DNA of 62,766 nucleotides, counting the filler, from Bonamia ostreae (Eukaryota): assembly GCA_040357525.1 (NCBI GenBank). It is 24 parts of 24 records of this genome, joined end to end, with 100 filler letters (N's around TTAATTAATTAA, not from the genome) between each part and the next. Parts side by side here need not be neighbours in the genome. Positions count along the whole stretch, not along the records: positions 23,696 to 26,220 come from JBDODL010000794.1; positions 26,321 to 28,842 come from JBDODL010000795.1; positions 28,943 to 31,461 come from JBDODL010000796.1; positions 31,562 to 34,079 come from JBDODL010000797.1; positions 34,180 to 36,696 come from JBDODL010000798.1; 19 more parts are not named here. One strand, 5' to 3'. The notes beneath the pieces were generated by a model. It was not told the origin of the DNA, did not search any database, and was given only the letters and a program-made list of their open reading frames with translations. Shown here piece after piece: positions 23,946-36,796 of this stretch (position 1 is the stretch's first letter; each line of letters opens with the position of its first letter). A program made the position numbers and the translations under genes.

Positions 23946-26140
23946 TTACACAAAATATTTTATTGAATAAAAAATGAAGCTGCAAAAACCGATTCGCTTT
24001 CTTTCAGCTTCCTCTTCTCTCTGAACACGTTCCCGTTCGAGACGCTCTTTTTCCTCTTTTTCGCGGCGGATTTCTTCGAGTCGCATTTCCTCCTCGCGTT
24101 TTTTGCGCTCTTCTTCTGCCAAAACAGCTCTTTCCTTCTCTTCTTTCTCGCGTTTCGCGATAAGAGCCAATCGCTCCTTCTCGCGCTTCGCGCGTTCCGC
24201 TCTTTCCCTCTCCTCGCGTTCTTCGCGGATCTTCTCTCGGAACGTCCCGATGACTCGGGAAAACGCCGAGCTGAGGATATAAGGAACCTCCACGACCTTC
24301 TTCAAAACGCGTTCCATTATCATCCGCCTCGCGCGAACATGAACCGTGACGAGCTACGTTTATCTAAGCAAACCCCCCGCAGCTTGTTGAATCGCTGCGC
24401 GACGAAGTACGATTTGATTCTCTGCACTTGTTCTTTGGTCAGATTCCCCTTCTGCTCCTTGATCGTCTGCACGAAGGGGACTCCCGGCTTGAAGAAGATT
24501 TTGGTCAACCCGAATTCGTAGTTGGTCGAGCTGAAGCCGAACCCGACGAGAACGGCTTTCCAGAACTCGTTTCTTTTCAGCCCTTCCAGAATCGGGTGCG
24601 AGACAAGTTTCCTGTAGTTGCGCTCCAGATCCTCGTACGAGATCCTCGTCGGATAGCCCTTCTTCACCACCTTCAGCGCCGGGATGATGCCCGCGCAGCG
24701 GAGTTGCTGCACGACGTGGGGTTTTTCCCAGACTCGGCTCGACTTCGGTCACGGAAAAAACCTTTTCGGTGTTGGGGTTCATGCAGCGGATGAAGTGCTG
24801 CGTCGAGTCGTTCAGCGTCGCGACCAGCTTCTCGAGCGACCCGACGAAGGTTTTGCCCACGTTTTTGCGAACGCCTTTTCTGCGCTTCGCGCCCGCCTCG
24901 AAGATGGAGCTCAAGAGCTTTAGTGGTTGTGCACAAAACCTCGGACTTGCTGCTTGCAAACATGGCGGAGGTCTCGTCGGAGATGAGATCTTTGTTTTTG
25001 AGCAGGAACTCGTTGCAGTTGTAGACCACGTCCTCCGCGAAGTGCACCACCAAAAAGCCGTTGAACTTCTCCTTCGGCAGCAGCGACTTCCGCAGTTCCT
25101 TGTTCATCTTGACCCGCTTCAGCTTCTTGTTTCGGCCGTGGCCCGAGAACACGTTCGAAACCAGGATGTCCGGAGTGCCCTTCGGCATGTTGCAGGCGGA
25201 TTCGAGCAGCTCGAAGACGCCGCTCTTGGCGTTTCCGAACAGGTCCACGATCAAGTCGTTGTTCGGGATGTCCAGGGGGATCCAGTAGACGCCCTCCGAG
25301 ATGTACTCCTTCTGCTCGGCGATTATCAGGCTCTCCGAGAAGAGCTGATGCAAGCGCTCGTTCGCGTAGTTTATGCAGAACTGCTCGAAGGAGNNNNNNN
25401 NNNTCGAGAATGCCGATGTGCCGCAAATCGTGGCTCGCGTCTTTGACGAGGAAGAAGCGGTTGATGCTCGTGAACAGCCAGTCGAAAAGCGCCGAGAAAA
25501 GCGACTTCGCGATCGAGTCTTTGTTCACGAGCGCTTCGTCGTAAGAGAGAGGCGAGTTGATCTCTTCGCGCATGACTTTGATCTTCCTCGTGGTCAATCG
25601 GTTCCGGAGCGCTTCTTTGGCGACTCCGATCAAATCCGCCGCGGTTTCGAGCGCGGCGTCGCTCTTCGGACTGATCTGCGAGTAGCCCTTTTTGTCTTCC
25701 TCGAAGAAGACGTTCCCGATGTGGAGGATGGCGGCGATGTGTTCGATCATGCGGTCCCGTAGTTGTTCGGAGAGGTGGAGGGCTTTCATCGCGGCGCAGA
25801 ACTTGTCGAAGTGCTTCTTCTCGTCCCTGTTTTCGATGGCGACGTTTTGCGCGTGTTCTGTGGTGGCGGCCAAGTAATGGAAGTTTTTCGGGTCGTCGAG
25901 TCGGATGCGTTTGCTGGAGCTGTGGAAGACTTGGTAGAAAATGTGGAAGTTGCGTTCTTTCGGTTCGTGGAACACTACGCGGGATTTTTCGAGGAGGTAC
26001 GACTCGAATTTGCAGCCTTGGACGAAAAGGGAATCTTTCGGTTTCGAGCGGTCGAATTTGTCGAAAACGATTTTTGTGAATTTTCCGAATCGACTCGAAT
26101 TGTTGTTTCGCACTGTCTTTGCGTTTCCGAAGGATTCCTT
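23946..26140 (-). CDS. Myosin heavy chain, motor domain plus ER/K-rich neck (partial)
   Basis: GNAKTVRNNNSSRFGK, YLLEKSRVV, ERNFHIFYQ, FEQFCINYANE, HFAEDVVY, HFIRCMNPN, QQLRCAG, GYPTR, FGLTKIFF; 19-nt intron 24743-24761. Confidence 0.95.
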
Positions 26141-26320
26141 TATTGGAAATTAGAATTGCGATTTTTATAAAAATAGTGGTGGACGCGTTGTTTTAGACGG
26201 AAAAAGATAAAAATAAATTTNNNNNNNNNNNNNNNNNNNNNNNNNNNNNNNNNNNNNNNNNNNNTTAATTAATTAANNNNNNNNNNNNNNNNNNNNNNNN
26301 NNNNNNNNNNNNNNNNNNNN

Positions 26321-27142
26321 AATTATTTTATAATAAAGAAAACTCAATTAACAAAACAACAACGCCAAAAAAAGTCAAATTAACGAATTCGCAAAAGATT
26401 TTAATAAATGAAACAAAAAAGGAACAAAAACTAAAAATTAAAGATTTTGGCCAAATGGGCATTATTGGCCAATTCAATTTGGGATTTATTGTCACCAAAT
26501 TTAATGGTCATCTATATATTGTAGATCAGCACGCTGCTGACGAAAAATATTTATACGAAAAATTTTTGAATGCAAATGACATTACTGCGCAGCGATTAAT
26601 AACGTTAAATTGCAATTTTTAATAACAAATTTTATCAAAAAAATTTTTTAATCGATTCAAATTGAAAAATAGTCCAATAAAGCTAAATTTCACGGAAGAA
26701 GAAAAGAATTTGATAATAGAAAACAGAATTAAATTTATTAAAAAGAAAGTTTGTTTTGGCTTCGAAAACAAAAAACCAGTTTCGGTAACAACAATTCCTC
26801 TTTACAAAAATTTGAATTTTGATTATTTTGGTTTTCTCGAATTTACAAATTTAGATATTAAAGATATGTGCCGCGTGTTAAAAGACGGGTACTTTACAGA
26901 TGATTTCCAATTTAAAAGCGTTTTTAAAATTAAATTTGCTAAAATAGGTCAAATTGGCAATAGCGACAAAGGCATGTCGATCTGCTATTATGGTCGGAAA
27001 AGCGTTAAGCAGAAAGGAGATGCTACAAATTGTTCGAAATTTAGTTCATCTCGAAAATCCTTGGTCGTGTCCTCATGGCAGACCAACCATTTGCCATTTA
27101 AAGGAAATTAATTCGCTTTTAGATAAAAATAAATTAAATTGA
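26321..27142 (+). CDS. PMS2: Mismatch repair endonuclease PMS2 (MutL family), C-terminal part
   Basis: [38 protein letters not shown] metal-binding motifs. Confidence 0.92.
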
Positions 27143-27434
27143 CATTTTTAGTCAAAATTTGTCGTTAATCGCTTCATTTTCGAGGATATGTCGTCTTAGC
27201 ATTTCAACCATTTGCAGATAAGATTTGTTCGAAATTGTTAATTTTTTAATTTGACATTCCGAAATTTTTGCAAATTTAAATAGATATTTGTCGTTGATTT
27301 TGTAGTTTGTAAATCGCTTCATTTTCGAAGATTTTTTGCAATTTTGCATATTAAAAGGCAAAAATTCCATTTTTAAATAAATTTTCGATAAAATTGCGAC
27401 AACAAAAAATTCATTTTTAAAGAAAAAAAGAGCT

Positions 27435-27830
27435 TTAATACCATCCGTGACGCCATTCGAACTCTTTCTTCGGCCTCTTTTCTCTATTTTTATCCTTCCA
27501 TCTTTTATAATCAGGTTGTACTTTTAATCTATGTTCAAGCCATTTTTGCCGTCTCTGCGATTCCATGTCTTCGTACATGGAACCTTTGAATATTTTCTGC
27601 ATTTCGTTTTCACAATAATAGTTCTTTACTTCAGGGCCAATTATTTTGGCCGTCATGTGTTTTTCGTATCGTTTGTGGCCACCCGAACAATCTTGGACTT
27701 TGTGGGGGTCATAAATCTTAGACGAAATTTTTCCAAAGACCTTTTTGCGAAGACTTACGAGCATTTCTTCGTATTTACGCTTTGCTTCTCTTCGCAATCT
27801 TCTTGTTGTGGTGACATGTGGCTTCATCAC
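27435..27830 (-). CDS. Possible mitochondrial ribosomal protein mS33-like, start uncertain
   Basis: Basic 131-aa frame with LRKKVFG...IIGPEVKNYY...YED...RPKK pattern. Confidence 0.45.
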   Translation of the reverse strand: MMKPHVTTTRRLRREAKRKYEEMLVSLRKKVFGKISSKIYDPHKVQDCSGGHKRYEKHMTAKIIGPEVKNYYCENEMQKIFKGSMYEDMESQRRQKWLEHRLKVQPDYKRWKDKNREKRPKKEFEWRHGWY

Positions 27831-28024
27831 AAAAAGCTAAAGACACAATTTTATTGCAAAGATTATCGATAACGGGAAGCTAATTTTTCTAATTTTAAAT
27901 CTAGGGCGAAAATAAGTCATCGTTTTAGACCTCAAACTGTTTTTTCAACATTGCTAAAAATATTGAAATTTCTGTTATAACAAATAACCATATAAAAATA
28001 AAAACCGAAAAAGCTATTTAAAAA

Positions 28025-28697
28025 ATGAGCCTTGGAAGAAAACTTTGTAGGAATTGGTTATTCAGCCGAAATTTAAAAATTTCGCGTTTGCGGCTATCGC
28101 AGAACAGATTTTTCTGCGAGGCTAAAACAGAAAAGAACAAAGACAAAAACATCAACAGCGACAAAGCAAAAGAAGAAGCCAAAATTGAAACAAAATCGGA
28201 CAAAATAAGAAAAGATAAAATAAAAACAATCGGAAAATTTTATCAAGCTTTAATAAAAAAGGGTAAATTTTGCGAATATAAAAATAGACAATAAATCTCT
28301 TCTTGAAATCCTGAAAAAAATGGAAAAAGAAAGCAAAAAAATTCAAGATTTCCATAAAGAAATCGGAGAAAAATCGTTTAACCAGAGCAGAGAAAATTTC
28401 AGAAAAACGAAAAAAATCAAAAAACGAGACAAAGATAATTTGCCAATTCAAATATTTCTAGTTTCTTGTTGTTTGATGGCGACATATTTTTATTCATCAA
28501 AATCCGTTACTCCAAAAATTAAAACGACCGAAGAAAGTCCCAATCCCGATTTTCAAAAATGCTCTTATAGCGCCTTTATAAATAAATTTTTGCAAAAAAA
28601 TTTGGTTGAAAAAATCCAAATCGACGAAAGTATTGGTAAATTATATGTCACCCAAAAAATCGGTTTTTCCAAATTACAGAGAACGGTCAATTTCTAA
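28025..28697 (+). CDS. m-AAA/FtsH protease (AFG3/paraplegin-like) N-terminal part
   Basis: Arg/Ser-rich presequence-like start, one TM helix, SYSAFINKFLQKNLVEKIQI resembling the FtsH extracellular domain; spliced, truncated. Confidence 0.5.
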
Positions 28698-29053
28698 AAT
28701 TCCAAATCGAAAAAAATTTTTAACGCGATTAAAAATTTAAATAAAAAAAGCTTAAAAATTAAATCAAAAATGGCATGAAAAAATTTAGTCGAAAAAATCA
28801 AAAATTAAAAAATAAGTCGAAAATGACAAAAAAAATAAGTAANNNNNNNNNNNNNNNNNNNNNNNNNNNNNNNNNNNNNNNNNNNNTTAATTAATTAANN
28901 NNNNNNNNNNNNNNNNNNNNNNNNNNNNNNNNNNNNNNNNNNCCAAAACAATCGCAATTTTTGTAATTTGTAATAAAACAAGAAAATAGAAACAAGAAAA
29001 ATAAAAAAATCAAGAACACAAAAGAAACAAGAACACAAAAAAAAATTAAGAAA

Positions 29054-29842
29054 TCAGTTTTTATAAGGCGTCTTCGTGTGGAGATAATTACAGTTGGCCT
29101 TCATCCTGCACTTCCCAAACAATTCCGCCGCGCACTGCATCGTCCTCCACCCCAACGCCAGCTCGCCGTTCGCTCCATCGCAGTCCAGCCCGCACTCGCA
29201 GACGCTGTTCTGCTTAAACGGGAAGCAGACGACGTTGAGGTCCAAGACGTTGTAGCTGTTGTTCAGCTGGTTGGGCTGCAACACCACCCCCGAAATCGAC
29301 TCGAACAGCTCTCGCAGCTCCTCCTCGCGCATTTCCAGAAAGTTAATCCGCCGCTTCGCCACCGCGTTGTAGCCCTCCGCGAACATCTTCAGCGTTATCC
29401 GCGGGTTCGAAGACAGAATCCCTTTCGCGACGCGTTTGAAATCCTGCGACATCGCCTCTTCCGCGGGGAAGGAGTCTCGCGCTTTGCGACGGAACTGGTC
29501 CATCGCGATATTTTTAAACAAGAGCTCTTGTTCTGCTCCTCGGACCGGCCGGTGCCGCTCCGACGAGGAGGAAATGATGTCGAAGGCGATCGAGTGGTAT
29601 TTCTGGAACTCGTCGTACAGTTTCTTCAGCTTCTCGACGTAGACGAAAGGGTCGCCGTTGTTCTCGGCGGTTTCTTTGACGAGGGACTCGTAGCGCGCCA
29701 TTTTCTTCAAGACGTGCTTTCTGATGAGTTGGGCGCTTTCGAGCGAAATCGACTTTGCGTTGTCCTCCGTTTCGGCGTTTTTGTGCAGATTTTTGTTTTG
29801 GTCTTTGTTGTATTGTTCGTAAGTAGTGAAGTTCAAGGACAT
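29054..29842 (-). CDS. Hypothetical protein with C-terminal CCCH zinc finger
   Basis: 262-aa intronless ORF; CAAELFGKCRMKANCNYLH = C-x7-C-x5-C-x3-H. Confidence 0.75.
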   Translation of the reverse strand: MSLNFTTYEQYNKDQNKNLHKNAETEDNAKSISLESAQLIRKHVLKKMARYESLVKETAENNGDPFVYVEKLKKLYDEFQKYHSIAFDIISSSSERHRPVRGAEQELLFKNIAMDQFRRKARDSFPAEEAMSQDFKRVAKGILSSNPRITLKMFAEGYNAVAKRRINFLEMREEELRELFESISGVVLQPNQLNNSYNVLDLNVVCFPFKQNSVCECGLDCDGANGELALGWRTMQCAAELFGKCRMKANCNYLHTKTPYKN

Positions 29843-30505
29843 TAAATTCTGTGAGCTTTAAGAAAGCTTTTTTATATATGGATGAAGTTTAATTATATTT
29901 TAGTAATGATAAAAATGATAATGGCTAAATTGTTCAAGTCGTTAAACTACAAATCGCTTTTTTTTTAAAGATTTAAAAGATTTTTAAATTTTTGATTTTT
30001 CAATTTGTCAAAAAAAATTTTCGTCAAAAAACGATTTTTGCTTTTTTTTTAATAATAAAAAACGAAAAATTTTTGCTTTTTTTTACGATTTTTTTCGTTT
30101 ATTGTCAAAAAACGAAGAATCGGTTATTGACGATTATCCGACGAAAATTTTCATTCCAAAAATTAAATCCAATTTTGGTGACAAAAGTCATTATTGGCAA
30201 TTGCATTTATATAAAGGCTTTCCTTCTTTATGAAAATTCGATTTTGATTATATTTTGTTCTAATTAGCGATTATTGTTTTTGGTCGATAAAGATTTGATC
30301 AAATCTGTCAGTTTTGTCGATATTGACATTTTCGAAGGATTTTGATTTTTTCGTAGTTGATAGAATTCTTTTTTTAAAATTTTTTTTGGTCGATAAAGTT
30401 TGACGCATCGTTTTTTAAAGCATTTCAACCATTTCTAGATATGATTTACTTCATTTCAACAATTTTTTGTAAAAACAATTTATCGAAACAACAAAATTTA
30501 ATAAT

Positions 30506-30803
30506 TCACATATCATCGACTCCAAAATCGATGTTACTGGTCACAATCGGTCTTCTTTCTGGATCAGCGAAACGGTACTTTATTATTCCTTCGATTATCA
30601 AATAAGCGTACAGACCCACCAAAACGACACCGAAAATTATAAAGGATCTGTACGGATTGTAGTACCCCAAAAAGCAATATGAAGAGAATGCGAAGAGAAA
30701 GGCCACTGCGAACGAATAGCAGAATAAGCTGCAATGCGCCTGGACTAAATCTGTTTAATTAACGTCAATGCAAACTCATGTTTTGCGATACAAACATAGC
30801 CAT
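30506..30803 (-). CDS. Small two-TM hypothetical protein (5' exon uncertain)
   Basis: Open frame HCSLFCYSFAVAFLFAFSSYCFLGYYNPYRSFIIFGVVLVGLYAYLII. Confidence 0.45.
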
Positions 30804-30984
30804 TTTATATAAAGTTTTGTTGAATTTTTTATGGCTGAATTTTATATAAAAGTATAGTCATTTTACGACTGATTTGTTGTTAATTAAAATTTGTAAATTT
30901 AAATGGAATTGAAAATATTCTGAAATAAAGATTTTTATATTTTTGTTGACGGTTTTGATAACAAAAAATCGCTTTTAATAATTG

Positions 30985-31461
30985 TTAATTTATTCCAGAT
31001 GTGCCGTCTATGTTGACTCTGCTCATCTGAGAAGCGCTAATATCATTTGTACTCGGCGGATTAGGATTCAAAATGTTTTCGTTCAAAATGTTTGAAGACG
31101 AATAAGCATTCTCAAAACGATTTCTTTGTTGGTTGTCACCAGAAGGATATCGATCGTTTGGAATTGGTTGTTGGTGGTTTCTTTGGTTTCTTCGATTGTT
31201 TTGATCAACAAAATAGGGACTGTTTTGATAGTTGACTGCTTCTACAGGATTTGTTTGGTTTATTGTGTTTAGTTGTGCTCTAGCTCTCATTCCGTCTGCG
31301 ATTGAAGTCGATCTAGTCGAAACTGGTTCGCTGTTAAAATTATTTTGGTTTCGCTGAAAATTTTGCTGTGTTGAATTTGCATTGTTGTAAGACGAATATT
31401 TGTTTGGTTGTTGTTGTTGCGATGGGAACTTTTGATAATTTGGTGGTTGTTGCGATGGGAA
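30985..31461 (-). CDS. Asn/Gln-rich protein, C-terminal fragment
   Basis: Frame open from contig end (FPSQQ repeats) to stop at 30985. Confidence 0.55.
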   Translation of the reverse strand, partial: FPSQQPPNYQKFPSQQQQPNKYSSYNNANSTQQNFQRNQNNFNSEPVSTRSTSIADGMRARAQLNTINQTNPVEAVNYQNSPYFVDQNNRRNQRNHQQPIPNDRYPSGDNQQRNRFENAYSSSNILNENILNPNPPSTNDISASQMSRVNIDGTSGIN

Positions 31462-31561
31462 NNNNNNNNNNNNNNNNNNNNNNNNNNNNNNNNNNNNNNN
31501 NNNNNTTAATTAATTAANNNNNNNNNNNNNNNNNNNNNNNNNNNNNNNNNNNNNNNNNNNN

Positions 31562-34079
31562 TCTTGTTTCGAACAGACTTCCGATTATTTTAAAGGTAAA
31601 TATAATAATAGTATATAATGTTTAGAAAGACCCTGTATCAAAAATGTGGAATAAAAAGATATCAAGCGGTGGCTTAGTAAGTGCAATGTCTTGTCTAAAA
31701 TCGAAAATGAAGTGGGTAGGGTATGTTGGAATGGATATACCGAAAGATGAACGACCAAAAGTTAAAGAATTACTTTTTGAGATAAATTGCATTCCCGTGT
31801 TTATTAAAAAGGGTTCTTTAATAAAAATTTTAGAGCTATATGATTTGTATTATAATGGCTTTTCCAATGATGTATTATGGCCTGTTCTGCATTACACTCA
31901 CATATTAGTGAATACATTGATCAAAGAAGAAGAATATTGGAATGCTTATGTGGCTGTAAATAAACTTTTTTTTAAGGCAATCCAAGAAAATTTAACAGAC
32001 ATAGGATCTGTCTGGATTCACGGTACAAATAATAATTATTAGATTATCATTTAATGAAGCTGCCTAACATTTTAAGAGACAACAAGCCCAATTTGAAAAT
32101 TGGTTGGTTTCTACATACTCCATTTCCGAATAGTGATATATTCAGAATATTGCCCAGAAGAAGAGAATTGCTCAAAGGCGTTTTATCAAGTGATTTAATA
32201 GGATTTCACATTTATAACTACGTCCAACATTTTAAAGTTTATTTTATAATTATAGAATACTTGTTCAGAAATTTTAGGTTGTGACGCTGGAGCAGATGTT
32301 TTCTATATAAATTTAAGTCCATTGATTATAACGGAAAATTAACTATGGTCGAGGCTTTTCCAATTGGCATAGACAATACTAAATTCAAAAAATGTCTTCA
32401 ATGCAAAGAATTTAAAGATAAAAAAAGTGAATTAAGAAATAGATATGGAAAAGCAAAAATAATTGTGGGCGTAGATAGATTAGATTATATTAAAGGAATA
32501 ATGCACAAACTTATTGCGTTGGAAAATTTTTTTGATAAAAACAAAGAGTGGATAAACAAAGTGACATATGTTCAAATTGCAGTTCCTACTCGAACAGAAG
32601 TGCCTGAATATCAGTCTTTAAGCGAAAGAGTTCATGAACTGGTAGGAAGAATCAATGGAAAATTTAGCAATTTAATTCATGTACCAATACGTTTTATAAA
32701 TTATTGAAAAGATTACCTTGATACTTCAATACCACTCGAAACATTGATGGCATTATACAGTATTGCAGATGTATGTCTAATAACATCCCTTAGAGATGGG
32801 ATGAATTTAGTTGCATATGAATATATAGCATCCCAAGTTGAAAATGTTGGAGTATTAATTTTAAGTGAATTTGTTGGTTAATTTATATAATTTAAGGGGC
32901 CGCTCAAAGTTTAGGAGCAGGAAGTATACAAATAAATCCATGGAATATTGGGGAAGTATCCATAGCAATAGGCAAAGCTCTTAAAATGGAGAATGAGAAA
33001 AAAATAGAACTTTTTAATTATGTCAAAAATTATGTAGTCAAGCATTCTGCTCAAGTTTTTAAATCAAAATATAGCGTTGGGCAGAAGATTTCATATGTAT
33101 GTTAAAAAAAAGTTGGGAAATAACAAATTCGTTTTTTAAAGAATATTGTTTACCACAAAAGCTTAATTTGAATGAAATAGAAAATGCATTTGTAAATTCA
33201 AGTAAAAAAATTATTTTTCTTAGCTTAGTTGGCACTCTTCTAGATTATGTTTTTTAAATTTATAAATAAGAATTTAAAGGAAAAGATAGAAAATACTAGA
33301 CTTTCAAACGAAATGCAAAAAAGTTTAGAGAGATTATCTCGGTCAAAAAATACTGAAGTTTTTTTTTAATTTTAGATTGTAATTATATCATCTAGATCGA
33401 AACATCACATGGAAAATATTTTTACTAATATACCTGCATTGTTATTGGCTGAGAACGGCTATTATTTAAAGGACAACAAAAGAACAAAAAATTGGACAGT
33501 ATATTTTTTCATATTTATAGAAAACACAAGAAATGCATCTAACTTGGATGGATTCCGCTGAAAAAATGGTGTATTATTTTGTAAAAAGAACTCCTGGAAG
33601 TTTTATTGAAAGATTAGAAACTTCTATATACTGGTATTATGCAGGATGCGTAGGAGCGTTTTCTGAAAAACAAGCAAGAGATTTAATTAGAAATTTACAA
33701 ATGGGCCCTTTAATTAATACGCCAACAGAAGTTATACACGACCAATTGAATAAATTTGTGAAAGTTATTAAATTATATTAAATAGGTTCAATTGATTGCC
33801 TTAAACAAATCATACGCAGTCAAAATTTCACTGAGTTATTTTCATGTTCTTAGTAAGTATGAAAAAGATGAGAAATTATCTGAACAGAAATTCGAATTTA
33901 AAAGTAGTAGTTGGATTGAACATGTATTTAGAAATAATGGGCAAAAAATTATTTATGCATATGAAGAAATAAAAAAATATAATTTTATTCTGTTTGTAGG
34001 AAATAATTTTGAGTTAGAAAAAGATGATTATTATTTATTTAACAAAAAATCTACTTCCAAAAAAAATCCTTTATTGAGA
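31562..34079 (+). CDS. TPS1: Trehalose-6-phosphate synthase with C-terminal phosphatase-like domain (partial)
   Basis: VSNRLP, SSGGLVSA, YYNGFSNDVLWP, WIH|DYHL, FLHTPFP, GVDRLDYIKG, RDGMNLVAYEY, LSEF; many ~20-nt introns. Confidence 0.95.
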
Positions 34080-34218
34080 NNNNNNNNNNNNNNNNNNNNN
34101 NNNNNNNNNNNNNNNNNNNNNNNTTAATTAATTAANNNNNNNNNNNNNNNNNNNNNNNNNNNNNNNNNNNNNNNNNNNNAAAAACTACAATTGTTATAAG
34201 ATTAAATTTAATGTATCC

Positions 34219-35128
34219 TCAAGTTGTCGAACTGTAAATTACATAAACAAAATTCCAGTCTTCGACGTTTTTCAATATATCGCTGTAATGATCAGTTATG
34301 AACCCAGAAATTGACTCTGAATTCTTTCTAAAACAACGAACCTTGTATGTACGGTTACCGGAATGCACTGTGTGCCCATTTTCGTCAAGATGACTGACAG
34401 AACTAGATACATCGCTATCGTCAAATACATAAAAATAATTTTCGACATTCAAACCGAATAGAAATATAAAATTGCCAAAAATGTTATTAGTAAACAAAGA
34501 ATTCAACAAATTGGTGCCATTAATTAAGCTTTTTCTGATTTTTTGCAAGTTTTCATAGAAATTGGGCGTTTTGAAATTTTCGAACAGTGAATTTAGAGAA
34601 CGAAACAGGAAAAAACATAATTGGTCGATAGTTCCATGATTGGGATTTTCAACAAATTCGCATTGAATCAAATTAAAGATGATTGCTCCGCTTGGATCAA
34701 AGTTCACTGTGTTGTTTAAATCAATCTCGTCTACAAAATATAACTTTCTGCTTACTAAAATTCTGATCAATACCGAAATTTGTAAAAATATGCGACCTTG
34801 TCTTCAAAAATGTAGAAACCATAATCTGTAAGTTTCAAACTCGATTTCGTTTTTCTAAATGATCGATTGCATAGATTCAAGTTAGTCTTTCGTACATAAC
34901 AACGCAGCTTGGAGCAATAACTTTCCTCCCCGAGTTGGAAAATAAAAGGCAATGAAGCACCGACATGGAAAATTTTCTCTGCGGTTAATTTGTCTCTTTC
35001 AGAATATTCAATATGTGTCTTTGAAACATTGAATGAAAAGGGCATCCTAGGAGAAAACTTATCGTAATTCACTTTTATGAAATCTTGAAATTTTGTCAAA
35101 CAATGAACCTTCGATTTCTTCTGATGCC
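34219..35128 (-). CDS. Hypothetical protein (spliced)
   Basis: Consecutive 110- and 183-aa frames joinable by micro-introns; no family recognised. Confidence 0.5.
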
Positions 35129-35635
35129 ATATTAGTTTAATGTACAGTTAGAAAACTATTTTTATAACTTTTTCGATTATTTTATTTGTTTAGATTAAGA
35201 CATTTACGTTTTCTTTGTCCAAGAACATTTTAGATTAAGAAAATTACAAATTCGAGACGATAATATCAGAAAAATTTTATCAATTCTTAAGAAAACAAAC
35301 AAGCGAAGGATAAAATAAATGTTAAATTGTGAAGAGAAAATAATAAATATTCAGTAATAACGTCAAATTTTCAAAGTTTTTAATTTTTACAAAAATATTT
35401 GCCATTTTTGCAAAAATTTGAAAAAATGATTTTTTATTATTTTGAAAAAATTTTCGACTCTTCGTTTTCCGAAGTTTTGTCAAATTGGTGATTTGCAAAT
35501 TAAATATTTTGTAGAAGCATTACAGAAACAAAGAACAAACGTAAAATAGCTTAAACCATATAATATATTAAAATTCGTTAATAAGATTTCTGGTGCACTT
35601 TTTTACTATATCTAAAACACATAATAAGTTTGAAA

Positions 35636-36347
35636 ATGGCGGACAACAAAGAAATTCAAAAAATTTTGATAAACAAAAACAAAACTTTTGTAAAAGAACT
35701 GAGCAGAGAAACATTGCAAATTTTAGAGCAAAATCTGAAAAATGTCGAAAACCAAAAAACTGTTGAAAATATCAAAATCGAAAAAATTGCATTGAAAATG
35801 GCGGAAATTTACTCAGAAGAAATGAAAAAATTTTTTGTCGCTGGAAATCGTCTTTTAACTAATTGTTTAAAAGAAAACATTCCTTTCAAAAACAAAGTTT
35901 TTTATAAAAGTTTCAAAGCTTCTCAAGAACTCGGACGAGAAAGAAAAATTTGCAAATAACGAAAACGAAGAAAATGAAAAATGGTCGATTATTGAAACTG
36001 ATAATAAAATTTTGAATGAGCGAATTTTGGAATTAAAATTCAAATTGGCCAAAGTTTTAAATTTTATATTAAAAAAGATCGAAAACGAAAAAAAATCTGT
36101 AAAAAGAGACCGTTTTTTATTTAAAAAATAAAGTTGAAAATTTGGACGAAGCAAAATTATTGTCGGACCCGTTCAACGAACAAATAGATTTACTAAATCA
36201 ACTTTTAGATAAAATTGAAACGAATTTGGAGTTTTCAAATTAAAAAATTTTAAGGATCGCAAACGATTTTAGCGATTTCGATGAAGCCATTTTACCTCAA
36301 AAATCGAAACAAGATTTTTATGGAAACGCAAAATTTGAGTTTAAATA
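35636..36347 (+). CDS. Hypothetical coiled-coil protein (spliced, end approximate)
   Basis: MADNKEIQK start, open segments separated by GTTT...AAG introns. Confidence 0.4.
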
Positions 36348-36390
36348 AATTGTTTTTTCGCATTTTTTCGTTAAAAGCGATTTTAAAAAT

Positions 36391-36560
36391 TTATTCGAGT
36401 CTTTGGCCTTTGCCTTCAAAAGCGACATAATTATTAGAAGGTTCGACTTCGCTTCTGTTGTTCGCTCTTGTGCCACCAAAAAAGTTATTTAATCGACCCA
36501 ACAAGTTTCTCTGATCTTCAAGTTCGAAATCTTCAGAATTTGTTAAATTTACCTGATTTT
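36391..36560 (-). CDS. C-terminal fragment of a protein with an SHP box (p97/Cdc48-binding motif)
   Basis: Ends ...NNYVAFEGKGQRLE*, matching FxGxGxRL. Confidence 0.55.
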
Positions 36561-36796
36561 CTTAGTTCGTTGTAAAGTACCAATGAAAAATATAAAATTG
36601 AAGACTTTTTTAAATTAAGAGATTTTGTGAGAAAATGTTTATTTTCAAATTTTTTACATTTTTATCAAATTTGTTTTTTATTTTCTTTTTATTATTNNNN
36701 NNNNNNNNNNNNNNNNNNNNNNNNNNNNNNNNNNNNNNNNTTAATTAATTAANNNNNNNNNNNNNNNNNNNNNNNNNNNNNNNNNNNNNNNNNNNN

